DNA of 64,000 bases, taken from the NCBI GenBank assembly GCA_963753975.1, contig CAVWEH010000002.1, forward strand, positions 608,001 to 672,000, written 5' to 3'. The DNA is from an uncultured delta proteobacterium. Lineage in GTDB: Bacteria; Desulfobacterota; Syntrophia; Syntrophales; Smithellaceae. A model generated the notes under the pieces. That model saw only the letters and a program-made list of their open reading frames with translations, had not been told where the DNA came from and ran no database searches. Below, one piece after another: positions 26,084-36,599 of the stretch. The first letter of the stretch is position 1. The number at the start of each line of letters is the position of its first letter. The position numbers were made by a program, and so were the translations under genes.

Positions 26084-26851
26084 TTACATTTGTTTAAAAA
26101 GATATAGGTAGTTTCGGCTCACGGTGAGAGATTCTGGTCTCTTTCTGAGTTTTATAACTCCCCTACCTGTAAGCGACCGACTGATATTTTCAATTCTGGA
26201 TACGTTTACAATAGTTCCCCGATGAATCTGCCAGAATTGCTGAGGATCGAGTTCGCCAGATAGTTCTTTGATACTCTTTTTAATTAAAGATTCTCCCTGA
26301 GCCGTCATCACCAGGGTATATTTATCTTCGGCCTGAAAATAATCAATCTCTTCAACCGGTATCAAGCGGATATTATCTTTGTGTTGCGTTTTGATCCAGC
26401 GCAGATAATTAGCCTTGGCATTTCCCTGCAGGTCAGTAAGAACACGCGTAATCATTTCGGCAAGACCATCCGGCGGTTCCGGAGAAGCTTGAAGTTGTTT
26501 TTTTAAGCGCTGTATTGTTTGCGTCAATCTTTTTTTTGTTACCGGCTTGACTAGATAATCAACCGCTTCGCGCTCAAAGGCCTCTACAGCATATTGATCA
26601 AACGCGGTGACAAATACAATCCTGCAGATACTCGCAATTTTTTCGGCTACTTTAAGACCGGAAAGACCGGGCATTTTGATGTCCAGGAAAGCTACTTGCG
26701 GACGGCAAGATTCAACAAGCTTCAAGGCTTCTTTTCCGTTAGCCGCTTCGCCGCAAATCTCCAAATCCGGCCAGGTTTCGGCAAGCATTGTCCTGAGGTA
26801 TCCTCTCAACTCCTTTTCATCATCGGCAATGATGGCTTTATAAGTCATCAA
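26084..26851 (-). CDS. LytTR-family response regulator
   Basis: REC (FLDIKMP, FVTAFDQYA, DYLVKP) plus LytTR (FWQIHRGTIVN, VSR.Y). Confidence 0.93.
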   Translation of the reverse strand: MMTYKAIIADDEKELRGYLRTMLAETWPDLEICGEAANGKEALKLVESCRPQVAFLDIKMPGLSGLKVAEKIASICRIVFVTAFDQYAVEAFEREAVDYLVKPVTKKRLTQTIQRLKKQLQASPEPPDGLAEMITRVLTDLQGNAKANYLRWIKTQHKDNIRLIPVEEIDYFQAEDKYTLVMTAQGESLIKKSIKELSGELDPQQFWQIHRGTIVNVSRIENISRSLTGRGVIKLRKRPESLTVSRNYLYLFKQM

Positions 26852-27908
26852 TCGGCACCTCGATTGTCACCCTGACACCATGGGGCTTGTTTTCTTCTAT
26901 CTTCAAGCGGCCTTTTTCTCCGAAGAGCAGGGCCAGGCGTTCGCGTACATTGGCAATGCCTACACCGGATTTATTAAAATCAGAGAATCCCAGACCGGTG
27001 TCCGCAACTTCGATTCTCATCAGGCTATTTTCCTCGGTCGCCCTGATCCCGATTTCACCGCCGTCAACTTTAGGTTCCAGCCCATGCTTTACGGCATTTT
27101 CCACCAGCGGCTGAAGCAACATTGGCGGAAAGGATTGTTGCCGCATATTATTCGGAACGTCAATCTTAAAATTTAATCGCTCATCCATTCTTATCTTTTG
27201 AATATTAAGATAAGCCTTGATCATCGCTATTTCCTGATCCAGTGTGGTTTTCTCCGGTAATGTTCGAGATAAAGAGATACGCAGATATTTAGTTAAATCC
27301 AGAAGCATTGATTTGCCCTTTGCCGGTTGTGTTTCGATCAGACTGACGATATTGGAAAGAGTATTGAAAAGGAAATGAGGCTCAATTTGAGCTTGCAGCA
27401 TTCGGAGATTAGCTAAAAGTGATTCTTTTTCCATAGCCATGCGGCTGGTTTTTTCCTGCTCGATCATTTCATTGCGATGCCGTAATCTGGATTTGGTAAT
27501 GAAAAAATATAAAGCGGCACCGCTGAACATAACTGCGGAAAGCATTATTTGCAGCATATGTTTCATTGGCAAATTCAAGGCGATAGAAAACATCTTCTTC
27601 AGAATAAAAAAACCGATATTTAGTCCGATAATTGAACCAGCGATGACGCCTGTAAATATAATTAAAATTAACGTCAGCCAACGCCGCGGCTTGAATACCC
27701 GGAACATAAGAAGGAAAATAGAACAGATTGTCAGGCCAAACGATTGCGATATGATAAAACTGACAATGAAGCGCGTGCTGGGACTGGACAAGGTCAATAC
27801 CAGTGCAATTGCCGTTGATATGACTATGGTATAAAAAAAATCTATTATAATATGCTTACCAGTCAAATAATATTCCGGATTAATTTCGTTTACACATTTT
27901 TGTTCCAT
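26838..27908 (-). CDS. LytS-type sensor histidine kinase
   Basis: About 4 TM helices, LQAQIEPHFLFNTL, LQPLVENAVKHG, GVGIANVRERL. Confidence 0.93.
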   Translation of the reverse strand: MEQKCVNEINPEYYLTGKHIIIDFFYTIVISTAIALVLTLSSPSTRFIVSFIISQSFGLTICSIFLLMFRVFKPRRWLTLILIIFTGVIAGSIIGLNIGFFILKKMFSIALNLPMKHMLQIMLSAVMFSGAALYFFITKSRLRHRNEMIEQEKTSRMAMEKESLLANLRMLQAQIEPHFLFNTLSNIVSLIETQPAKGKSMLLDLTKYLRISLSRTLPEKTTLDQEIAMIKAYLNIQKIRMDERLNFKIDVPNNMRQQSFPPMLLQPLVENAVKHGLEPKVDGGEIGIRATEENSLMRIEVADTGLGFSDFNKSGVGIANVRERLALLFGEKGRLKIEENKPHGVRVTIEVPIDDL

Positions 27909-27949
27909 GATAATCGCCTAAAGCTCATTTTTTAAAGTTCCACAATTTT

Positions 27950-29311
27950 TTACAGAGTATATTTTATGCCGACCATAACATAATAATTCAGGAGATTCAT
28001 GAGGCTTCCCCCAAACTCCGTATCCCTGTCGCCACCACTGACAACACCAAGAGAGAACAATTCAAAATGATTGCCCAGAGAATATGTCATATATGCCGAG
28101 GCTTGACAAGAACCATCATCCAGATTCTGAGTCCAGCGCATGAAGATCTCTAATTTGTTTTTGATATTAGTCTGCGTATATTGCAGCATTGCATAATTCT
28201 TTCGCAGAAATCTCAGCCCCGGATTTATTGTCTGTCCCAGAGTCATCAGTCCTAATGCTCCGGGCATTCCGCCCATATTAAAAGCCGTGGCGCCATTGCG
28301 CCTTAATGTGTAGTACATTTCGGCTTCGTCACTGTTATAGCCGGGTGCGTTATAAGCATATTCCAGCGAAAAAGTGCCGCTTGCTTCCAGAGTATAGGAA
28401 CTTCCGACTAAAATAATCGGTTTAAGATCAGGATCATCCTCGTGGATTTTTTGCATCGAAGCGCCAAGGGGCGACGACATATCCTTTTGGGGGTATAAGG
28501 CATTGCTCCCTTGAGCTAAGCTCCCTTCGCCATAAAGCAGCACCGAGTCAGAAATAGTCCAGCCTCCAAAAAATCCCAATGTTTTTTTATAATCTTTCTG
28601 AGAGAGAATGATTGAAGCATAATTTTCCCGTCCCGTATAATCGGCTTTTAGAGCGTAAGTTTTTTCAAAGGGGTCGGGACCACCGAGCATGTTGCGTCCC
28701 TCGTCGGTATTAACTATGAAGGATGCTGTCCAGGAACCATAAGGGATCCAGACCACACGGGCAAAATCCATTCCGGGAATTTCCAGGAAGGGATTGCTGC
28801 GGCCGTTATCCTGGAAAAAAGGATTGGAAGGAGAAAAAAGAAAAGAAGGGCCCCATTGCAGATTCTCCCGGCCATAGGATACAAAGAGATTTTCCCTGGC
28901 TTTCAATCGCACGAGCCATTCATTAACATATACATCGCTTTTCCATTGAGTATCGCCACTGCGTGATCCTTCCTGCCAGATGTCGAACTCCAACCTTGCT
29001 CTGGGTTTTGCGGAAAACTCCAATGGCTCCAGGTTCAAGCGCAGATCGGGACGCAATTCGACATTTGCAGTGTAATGCGGCAATTGGAGAAAATTATTGT
29101 CTGGATTTTGAGAGGAATTGGTCGGCTCCTGAACAATTCCATAAGTCATAATTCGCCAATCTGCGGAAAAGCCTTCGTTGAATTTCTGAATAATCGATGG
29201 TTTTGTATCTCCGGAATCATCGGCGCCGGCAACGTGCGGCCACGATCCCCAACCAGCAATCAACAAGAAAATGATTACTGAAAGAATCTTTCTTACACAG
29301 CTTCGTCTCAT
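27950..29311 (-). CDS. Exported, probably outer-membrane beta-barrel protein
   Basis: Signal peptide, GRENLQWG..FSPSNPF motif, alternating beta-strand pattern, C-terminal GIKYTL. Confidence 0.65.
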   Translation of the reverse strand: MRRSCVRKILSVIIFLLIAGWGSWPHVAGADDSGDTKPSIIQKFNEGFSADWRIMTYGIVQEPTNSSQNPDNNFLQLPHYTANVELRPDLRLNLEPLEFSAKPRARLEFDIWQEGSRSGDTQWKSDVYVNEWLVRLKARENLFVSYGRENLQWGPSFLFSPSNPFFQDNGRSNPFLEIPGMDFARVVWIPYGSWTASFIVNTDEGRNMLGGPDPFEKTYALKADYTGRENYASIILSQKDYKKTLGFFGGWTISDSVLLYGEGSLAQGSNALYPQKDMSSPLGASMQKIHEDDPDLKPIILVGSSYTLEASGTFSLEYAYNAPGYNSDEAEMYYTLRRNGATAFNMGGMPGALGLMTLGQTINPGLRFLRKNYAMLQYTQTNIKNKLEIFMRWTQNLDDGSCQASAYMTYSLGNHFELFSLGVVSGGDRDTEFGGSLMNLLNYYVMVGIKYTL

Positions 29312-29320
29312 TGGAAAACT

Positions 29321-30086
29321 CTATTTCGTCAGCAGGTTCAGATTGAAAGTGGCATCGGAAACTTTTTTGAGCACAGGTTTGTTATAGTACATGGTCGTTA
29401 CATCTTCTTTTATTATGGCGCTGGTAATAATCATTTTGGAGATAAACTCCCGCGGTTTTTCATTAATTGTGATGCTGTTTTTATATTCGAATGTTGCTGT
29501 TTTAAACATTTTACCGGAAACAGTGTAGAATTCAGCTTTCAGCCCCACGAGACGCTCCTTGGATATCCAGTATTTAATCCGGTCATAAGTAGCTCTGCTA
29601 TCCACCGCTTGTAAGTCCATCAGAAGACAAGCCTCACCGTTCGCTTTACTTTCCGCTGTGTGTATGATTTTGTAATCACCCGCATAGTTAGTGGAGGCAA
29701 TATCGCCATTGGCCGCGCCGCCCATAAGCTTTTGCCGCGGAGAAATGGGAACAGCTTTGGAAAGCCCCGGTTTGGCAAACCACATGTTGCGGTCCTGCAT
29801 CAACAGCTTTTGACCTTTCACATTAGCCGGCGCCAAAGTATCGGCCAGAGAATTATAGCCTCGGGCATATACCCGCAACGTCTCTGTGCTGTTCACGTCC
29901 TCCCTCAATGGAATCAATAGAAATCTCCCACTGGATTCCTTCGGCATTGCCACGGGCTTCATCCGCTTTTTGAAGCATTTCCTTGGGACTCATCTGCGTT
30001 TGGGCAGAGGAAACAGAAAAACTTAGACAATAAATGACTACAAAAATCATTGCCATTAAATATCGCTGTTCGAATCGTGTTTTCAT
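29321..30086 (-). CDS. LolA-like outer-membrane lipoprotein-sorting protein (apparent +1 frameshift near 29882)
   Basis: Signal peptide; joining frames gives ...REQHRTLRVYARG...; ISPRQKLMGGAANGDI, KAEFYTVSGK. Confidence 0.8.
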
Positions 30087-30102
30087 TTTTTTCTCCTATT
30101 TT

Positions 30103-30283
30103 TTTATTTGTGAAACTCCAATTCCGAAAGCGTAGCGTATCGAAATTGGTAAGTTGAATTAATGAAACTCAGATATTACAAGCGCAGTGCAGTTAATATC
30201 TGTAAGCTGAATTAATCCCGCGTGCGAAGCTTAGCGGGGCAATATAATATCCCGCGAAGCGGAGGGTATAATGCCCGTAGTTT
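30103..30283 (-). repeat. Copy of the modular element with two tandem bulged-hairpin modules
   Basis: Minus strand AAACTACGGGCATTATACCCTCCGCTTCGCGGGAT...TTCAGCTTAC[hairpin]GAGTTTCATTAATTCAACTTAC[hairpin]GAGTTTCACAAATAAA. Confidence 0.85.
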
Positions 30284-30287
30284 GTTT

Positions 30288-31526
30288 TTAAACATGTCCC
30301 AGAGCATCCACGATATTTTGTTTGGCTGCCCGTCTGGCCGGTATAATCGCCGCCAATAAAGAAAGCCCAACCATACAGAACATCATGATAAACAGAGCTT
30401 GTGGCACCAGATCCACAGTCAGTGACATAGATGTGGAAATGCCCGGAGGTGTATATTGGGGTGGATAAATTTTAATAATGGCCCATACGCATAAATGCAG
30501 TACAACTCCCATAAAGCTACCAAAAAGACCCAGCAGGGCGCCTTCGATAGAAAAGAGCAGCGATACTCCTCTGCGTTTTAAACCTAAAGCCCGCAGAGTC
30601 CCAATTTCTCTGGTTCTTTCGAGAATGGCCATACCCATCGTATTGACCGTGGTCATTACAACAATGACTATGACAATCGTAAAAAGGAAAGAAAACATCA
30701 TGTCGAGCATGCTTTTCGTTTTCAAATAGGATAAAGATAATTCTTTCCATGTCCTAATTTCACAGTCAATACCGGCAGCTTGAAGCTTCTTCAGCAGCGT
30801 TGTACGCATACGTTCAGTATCTTGCCAGTCTTTCAGCAAGACAACAATTCTTTCCGCTGAATGCGTATCAAGAAGGGACTGAGCAAAATCAAAAGTGAAG
30901 CGCATAAATTTATCATTAGAGAAATCAGAGCCGGTGTCATAGACACCCATTACTTGGATATCCAAAGCATTCATTTGCCCGGTCAGCGTGGAAGCCATGA
31001 CCACCCCTTCTTTACCGGGTGTTAAGTTGAGATATCTGGCCAAATCCTGGGCAATTTCTACACCATACTTTTTCTGATCGTCTAATTCTTTTCCCTTGAC
31101 TGGTCTGAAATTAGCCCAACCTCCTTTTATCGTTTTCTCATCTTTAGGAACGACACCCTGGGCGATAAAAATGGTCGAGGCGATGCCATTGGTTACAATA
31201 CCCGTTACTTGCATCTGGGGGGTAGCTAGAATAACCTCTTTCTCATCCGTAGCGAGTTTGATAATCTTTTCTGTCTCCTCTTTAGAGAACATATATTTCT
31301 CCGGTTCCAGCTTCCCCTTCTCCTGCCAACCGGCTCTGTTGATCCTTAAATGACCCAAGCCCTCTGCTTGAACAGCCATAACCCTTAACCCGTAATACGA
31401 ATTATGGATCCAACCGTAAAAGAGGTTGATCGCGGCAAAGCCCACACCGATTGCGAGCAGTGTGACAAAAGAGCGGCGTTTGTTTCTAAAAATATTCCTA
31501 ACTGCCAGTTTTATCCATTTCATCAT
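30288..31526 (-). CDS. ABC transporter permease (LolE/FtsX-MacB family)
   Basis: RNIFRNKRRS, large periplasmic loop, ERTREIGTLRALG, PARRAA. Confidence 0.9.
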   Translation of the reverse strand: MMKWIKLAVRNIFRNKRRSFVTLLAIGVGFAAINLFYGWIHNSYYGLRVMAVQAEGLGHLRINRAGWQEKGKLEPEKYMFSKEETEKIIKLATDEKEVILATPQMQVTGIVTNGIASTIFIAQGVVPKDEKTIKGGWANFRPVKGKELDDQKKYGVEIAQDLARYLNLTPGKEGVVMASTLTGQMNALDIQVMGVYDTGSDFSNDKFMRFTFDFAQSLLDTHSAERIVVLLKDWQDTERMRTTLLKKLQAAGIDCEIRTWKELSLSYLKTKSMLDMMFSFLFTIVIVIVVMTTVNTMGMAILERTREIGTLRALGLKRRGVSLLFSIEGALLGLFGSFMGVVLHLCVWAIIKIYPPQYTPPGISTSMSLTVDLVPQALFIMMFCMVGLSLLAAIIPARRAAKQNIVDALGHV

Positions 31527-32209
31527 TGCTTTGTTCCTCCATCAACTATCTTTCCGTCTTCCAGGCGCACTAATCGTTTGACCCGGTCCAAAAGCCTTTG
31601 ATCATGAGTGGAAAAAATAAAAGTGATTTCGTCTTTTTCATTCAACTCACGCATGAGATCGATGATCAGACGGGCTGTTTCGGAATCAAGATTGGCTGTC
31701 GGTTCATCGGCAATCACCAAAGAGGGATTATTCACGAGCGCCCGCGCGATGGATACTCTTTGTTGTTGTCCCCCGGACATTTTCGCCGGACGATTATTGA
31801 TCAGGTCGCTTAAACCCACTTCCTCCAGACGGCTCAAAGCCTGCTTCCTGGCTTCTCCTGCCGATGCGCCTTTAATCTGCAGCGGCAGCATTACATTCTC
31901 CAGCGCGGAGAGAACCGGGACCAGGTTAAAACCTTGAAAGATAAAACCGATTGTTTCATTGCGATGTTCGCTTTTTTGATTATCCGTCAAAGATCGGACA
32001 TCCTTGCCGGCAATCGCCAGTTCCCCCGTGGTAGGTTCATCAATGGCACTGATAAGATTCAGGAGTGTGGTTTTGCCGGAACCGGATGGTCCCCATATCG
32101 CCACAAACTCTCTTTTATCAATTTGCAGATCGATCCCCCTTAACGCGCGCACTACCGTTTCCCCCAGATGATAATTTTTAGTGATATTTCTCATTTCGAT
32201 TAAAGCCAT
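31523..32209 (-). CDS. ABC transporter ATP-binding protein (LolD-like)
   Basis: GPSGSGKT, MSGGQQQRV, ADEPTANLD, STHD. Confidence 0.95.
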   Translation of the reverse strand: MALIEMRNITKNYHLGETVVRALRGIDLQIDKREFVAIWGPSGSGKTTLLNLISAIDEPTTGELAIAGKDVRSLTDNQKSEHRNETIGFIFQGFNLVPVLSALENVMLPLQIKGASAGEARKQALSRLEEVGLSDLINNRPAKMSGGQQQRVSIARALVNNPSLVIADEPTANLDSETARLIIDLMRELNEKDEITFIFSTHDQRLLDRVKRLVRLEDGKIVDGGTKQ

Positions 32210-32677
32210 ATTATTTCTCCTTTCAGAAGATCCAGAGATAAATCTACATAAATGCGTTCTAACATAATTTCTCTTTCTCTCCGGAAGTTTAACAATTATT
32301 TACATAAACCTCTGATATTGTAAACCCCCCGGCGACTAAAAGATAAATAAGTCGATAAAAAGGAAATAACGGTAGTGGAGCGGTAAAAATGTATATTGAA
32401 TTAAATATGCATGATAATCTTTAATGATGTTAAAGACAGTCCAGATTTTCATGCATGCATCTAAAACTGGACTATACGCACAACAAGAATCGTTACGTTA
32501 TAAAGGATAGCAGTCACAACCTAGTAGCCACGTTGGCTTATTTAGATCTAAAAAAACATTTCGCAGCTTAAACCTAAACCAATAGCACCACAAGATGATA
32601 AAGTCGCGTGCCTTTGAGCTCATACGCTATTTCAAACGCTAATCCTCAAAATATTTATTCATTGTGATTGTTAATTT

Positions 32678-32706
32678 GTAGCTGTAGTCAGCAAGCACTT
32701 CTTCCT
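32678..32706 (+). repeat. 29-bp direct repeat, copy 1
   Basis: GTAGCTGTAGTCAGCAAGCACTTCTTCCT; 27/29 identical to 38910-38938. Confidence 0.8.
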
Positions 32707-32960
32707 ATAAGTGAGCGTTCAGGATTTTTCATGGACATACTTTCTTTCTTCCCCGCAAATTTTCATTCGATTAACATACAGTATTTTTAATTGTAAGAAT
32801 TAAAGGCAGGGCTGAAAATACACCACATTCAGGCCGCACAGTTCATTCAATTACCAGCCTCTTGCTCCAGATGTTATTAAGCCTGAGTGGCTAGAAAATG
32901 CGGTTTCTCTCTTAAAAACTGGTATAACTTATAGTGGCAGGTTACTTTTGCGTAACATAA

Positions 32961-33587
32961 TCAAGACATGACCGTTTTCATGACGTTCTTCTCGAGCAGA
33001 TTGGCGAGTTCTTTTTTGGAATAATTCTTCATGTTCCAATGACGCAGGGGATATAGTGATAATTCGTAAACAATCATGTTGGCGCTAAAAGAAGTGTCTT
33101 CTAAGTGAAAGATCTTCCTTGCCACGCCTTTCTTCAGGATTTCTTCCATGTGCGCGACAACCTGGCTTTCCCTGGCCAGAATATTCTTAAGCAGGCGTTT
33201 CGGGAGTGATTTGGATTCGCGGTACAAAAGCAAGATTTCGTCGCCATAGTTATAGCCGGAATCAATCAATCCATGAATGATGGCCCTCAATTGCTTGACG
33301 GGATCGTCAATGCTCATTATCCCCTGCTTTTCAAAAAGCTCTAATTCCGGCCTGTGAAGCATATCAAAAACCAAAAAAAGTATTTCTTCTTTGCTCTTGA
33401 TAAAATAATACAGGTTCCGGATATCAATTCCCGTTGCTCTGGATATTTCGCGCATAGATGTTTGTGCGTAACCCTTTTTCATGAAGAGCTGCGTGGCTTT
33501 CTTAATGATCTGCATCTGCCTTTTTTGAAAGAGATCTTTATTTCTCCTCGGTTTGGACTTATTGCCGGGGGCTGTTTTTTTTTCCAT
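32961..33587 (-). CDS. TetR-family transcriptional regulator
   Basis: LFMKKGYAQTSMREISRATGI...LYYFIKSKEEIL HTH. Confidence 0.92.
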   Translation of the reverse strand: MEKKTAPGNKSKPRRNKDLFQKRQMQIIKKATQLFMKKGYAQTSMREISRATGIDIRNLYYFIKSKEEILFLVFDMLHRPELELFEKQGIMSIDDPVKQLRAIIHGLIDSGYNYGDEILLLYRESKSLPKRLLKNILARESQVVAHMEEILKKGVARKIFHLEDTSFSANMIVYELSLYPLRHWNMKNYSKKELANLLEKNVMKTVMS

Positions 33588-33661
33588 TAATGTAATGGCA
33601 ATCCTTTCAATACCATGGACATTTCTATAACCAGTCTGTCAATTTAAATTAAAAATAAGAC

Positions 33662-33712
33662 TTGACAATATAACCCCGTAAAAATATCATACACAACGAT
33701 CGTTGGTTGTAT
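33662..33712 (+). promoter_or_regulatory. Sigma70 promoter with overlapping TetR-type operator
   Basis: TTGACA-N17-TATCAT (33662-33690); palindrome CAACGATCGTTG at 33694-33705 over the expected +1. Confidence 0.7.
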
Positions 33713-33792
33713 AATATTCATGTCATAGCATCATTGCAAGTAAAATTATGAAGACAAAGTTTTTTCATTAACAATAAAAAAGGATATCTGCA

Positions 33793-34478
33793 ATGAGAAA
33801 TTTCTACAAAATTATGTTAGCCGTCTTTACAGCTATGACAATATTTACCGCTCCGGCCATGGCCGAAACGATCAAATGGCGGATGGTTTCCGTCTGGCCG
33901 GCTTACTCGGCAATCTTTCAAAGTCAAACTCGTTTGGTTAAAAGCATATATGAACTCAGCGGCGGACGTTTGCAAATTTCTGTCCATCCGGCAGGAGAGC
34001 TTGTCCCCTCAATGGCTGTTTTTGATACGGTTTCCAAAGGCGCCGTGGAGATGGGCGTGGATTATGCCAACTATTGGGCTAATAAAAATTCCGCGTTTGA
34101 TCTTTTGGGATCATATCCTTTGTTGTTAAGCCAAATGGATTATCTGAACTGGTATTACCATGGTGGTGGACAGGAGCTTGTTGATGAACTCTACGGCAAA
34201 TACAATATGCTTTATTTTGTTAATGGTCTCACTGCTGTCGCGTCAGGCATCCGTTCCAGTATGCCTATCCGAAGCTGGCAGACCTAGAAGGCAAAAAGAT
34301 TAGAATGTCCGGTAAAGCAGCTGGTTACGTCTTGCAGAAGATCGGAGCTGTCCCGGTTATGACGGTACCTACTGAAATTTCCCATGTGGTGGCAAACGGA
34401 ATTATTGATGCAGTTTCATTCAGTACACCTGCTATTGATTGGAGTATGGGGCTGGGTGAACTTAGCTGTCTGATTTGA
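33793..34478 (+). pseudogene. dctP: TRAP substrate-binding protein DctP, frameshifted and truncated
   Basis: Signal peptide, SGGRLQISVHPAGEL, AVFDTVSKG. A one-base deletion near 34272 hides LADLEGKKIR...; DctP-like sequence ends near 34460 (about 228 codons); no dctQM. Confidence 0.8.
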
Positions 34479-34684
34479 AGTAAGTTTTTTTATTTCAAAT
34501 CTATTTTTTGAAAAAAGAAGTGTTTTAGGGTATGTTGAGGCTTAGTTTGTAAGAAGTAATTAAATAGTTGCTAACAAATCTTCTTATAATTGCTTCATAT
34601 TAATAATTCTATAATGATATGAAAACGTCATTTTAAATTTCATTTCACTTTTAAGAATTAATACAATTAAGGAGGAAATTCCAC

Positions 34685-36352
34685 TTGGAAGCAAAATTTT
34701 GGCACAATAACTACGATTATAATGTCCCTACTTCAATCCGTTATCCAAAATTCCCTGTACAGAATTTAGTTCATCTGGCGGCCGCGCAGTATCCCCACAA
34801 AGCGGCTGTGGATTTCTATGGCACCGAACTATCCAACAGCCAAGTTCGCACGCAGATGCTCCGTATGGCTAACGCCCTGGTGAGTATCGGTATTAAAAAA
34901 GGTGACCGCATCGGTATCGCTTTGCCCAATTGTCCTCAATATATTATTGCTTATTACGCGATACTGTCGGCAGGCGCCATTGTCGTGAACATGAACCCTC
35001 TTTATACCCATGATGAGCTCAAATTCATGGTGGAAAACACCGGCATGAAAATAATGGTTACTTTTGACATGGTGCTGCCGCTTATGGGCAAACTGGCCAA
35101 AGATCTCGGTTTTAAACTGATAGTGACAAAGGTGACTGATTATATCAATGGCTTTGGTGTCAGCACAGCCAAGGATCTGGCACTGGAAAAAGAGTGGTAT
35201 CATTTCTCCGAATTGCTCGATAAAACAACCGATTCGCGTCTCCCCAGGGTCGATTTTCAGCCCAGTGACAATGCCTTGATCCAGTTTACAGGAGGGACAA
35301 CCGGCCTGCCGAAAGGAGCGGTTCTCACCCATGCCAATGTTGTTTCCGCCGCTTTCTGTGCTTCTCTGTGGGGTTCTTCGACGGTTATCTATGCGCCCTA
35401 TGAAAAGCGGACAGTGATGGGAATCATACCTTATTTTCATATCTATGCTAACATTTGTTGTCTTAATTGGGGCTTCCTCAGCATGGCTACTCAGATCCTG
35501 ATGCCCAAGTTCGATATGGACGAACTGCTGGCTACTATCGCCCGAATTGAACGTTTTACCTTTTTCCCGACGGTTCCGACAATGATTACGGCTATCGTAA
35601 ACCATCCTAAAGCGGGTGAACTGAAGCTGGCGGAAAAAATCGGCTATTTCTGTTCCGGCGGCGCTCCGATGCCCGTTGAGCTCATTGAGCGAGTGAGCGA
35701 TTTGGGTATCTTTTTCAGCGAGGGATGGGGAATGAGTGAGACGACATCTTCGGGGATCAGTAATCCCGGCCTGAAACACAAACCGGGCTCCATCGGCGTT
35801 CCGTACATGGATCACGATGTCCGTCTGGTCAGCGTCGATAACGGTGTCGATGAAGTGAAACGGGGCGAACCGGGTGAAATTCTCATCAAAGGGCCAACGG
35901 TAATGAGGGGTTACTGGAACAACCCGGAAGAAACCGCCAATCAACTTACCGATGGCTGGCTCCATACAGGCGATATAGGCCAGATGGATGAAGACGGTTA
36001 CATCTATATAGTTGACCGGAAAAAAGACATGATCATTGCCGGCGGGTTTAATATTTATCCGCGCGAAGTGGATGAAGTCCTCTATCAGCATCCCAAAGTG
36101 GCGGAAGCTGTTACAGTCGGCATACCGGATGCCTACCGGGGCGAAACGGTAAAAGTTTTCATCGTCTTGAAACCGGTTGAAAAAGCAACGGATAAAGATA
36201 TTATCGATTTCTGCAAACAGAAACTTGCTGCCTATAAGGTGCCCAAAATTGTTGAGTTCAGGACTTCGATACCTAAATCGGCGGTCGGGAAGATTTTGCG
36301 TAAAGTCCTGCGTGATGAGGAAATTGCTAAAAGCAAAAGCAAAAAAAAATAG
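34685..36352 (+). CDS. fadD: Long-chain fatty-acid--CoA ligase
   Basis: QFTGGTTGLPKG, EGWGMSE, GWLHTGD, DRKKD, PKSAVGK; TTG start with AGGAGG SD. Confidence 0.9.
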   Translation: MEAKFWHNNYDYNVPTSIRYPKFPVQNLVHLAAAQYPHKAAVDFYGTELSNSQVRTQMLRMANALVSIGIKKGDRIGIALPNCPQYIIAYYAILSAGAIVVNMNPLYTHDELKFMVENTGMKIMVTFDMVLPLMGKLAKDLGFKLIVTKVTDYINGFGVSTAKDLALEKEWYHFSELLDKTTDSRLPRVDFQPSDNALIQFTGGTTGLPKGAVLTHANVVSAAFCASLWGSSTVIYAPYEKRTVMGIIPYFHIYANICCLNWGFLSMATQILMPKFDMDELLATIARIERFTFFPTVPTMITAIVNHPKAGELKLAEKIGYFCSGGAPMPVELIERVSDLGIFFSEGWGMSETTSSGISNPGLKHKPGSIGVPYMDHDVRLVSVDNGVDEVKRGEPGEILIKGPTVMRGYWNNPEETANQLTDGWLHTGDIGQMDEDGYIYIVDRKKDMIIAGGFNIYPREVDEVLYQHPKVAEAVTVGIPDAYRGETVKVFIVLKPVEKATDKDIIDFCKQKLAAYKVPKIVEFRTSIPKSAVGKILRKVLRDEEIAKSKSKKK

Positions 36353-36599
36353 CACGGATGCGTGAGTAGTTAATCATTATTGCGGCTTAGCCGATAATCG
36401 TACAATACTCTTGGTTACTTGCTATTTTGCAATTTCAGTATTGAGTTCTTATTCTGCCAGTTATGGCGGAATAATATTTATAAAGTAGTAAAAAAATAAA
36501 AAAGGAGGCGATAATAGGTTTACAGTAGTGACAAAGTGTCAGGTGTAATAAAATGATTTATAAATTTGTAGAAATTATAATGATTAAGGAGGGTATTAC

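Noticed and set aside
32400..32960. Long AT-rich gap as a missed gene or ncRNA
   Set aside because: No credible ORF or recognisable RNA motif seen apart from the 29-bp repeat.
34829..36355. 508-aa antisense ORF
   Set aside because: Mirror frame of fadD with no recognisable motifs; a codon-bias shadow, like the many shorter antisense ORFs in the track.
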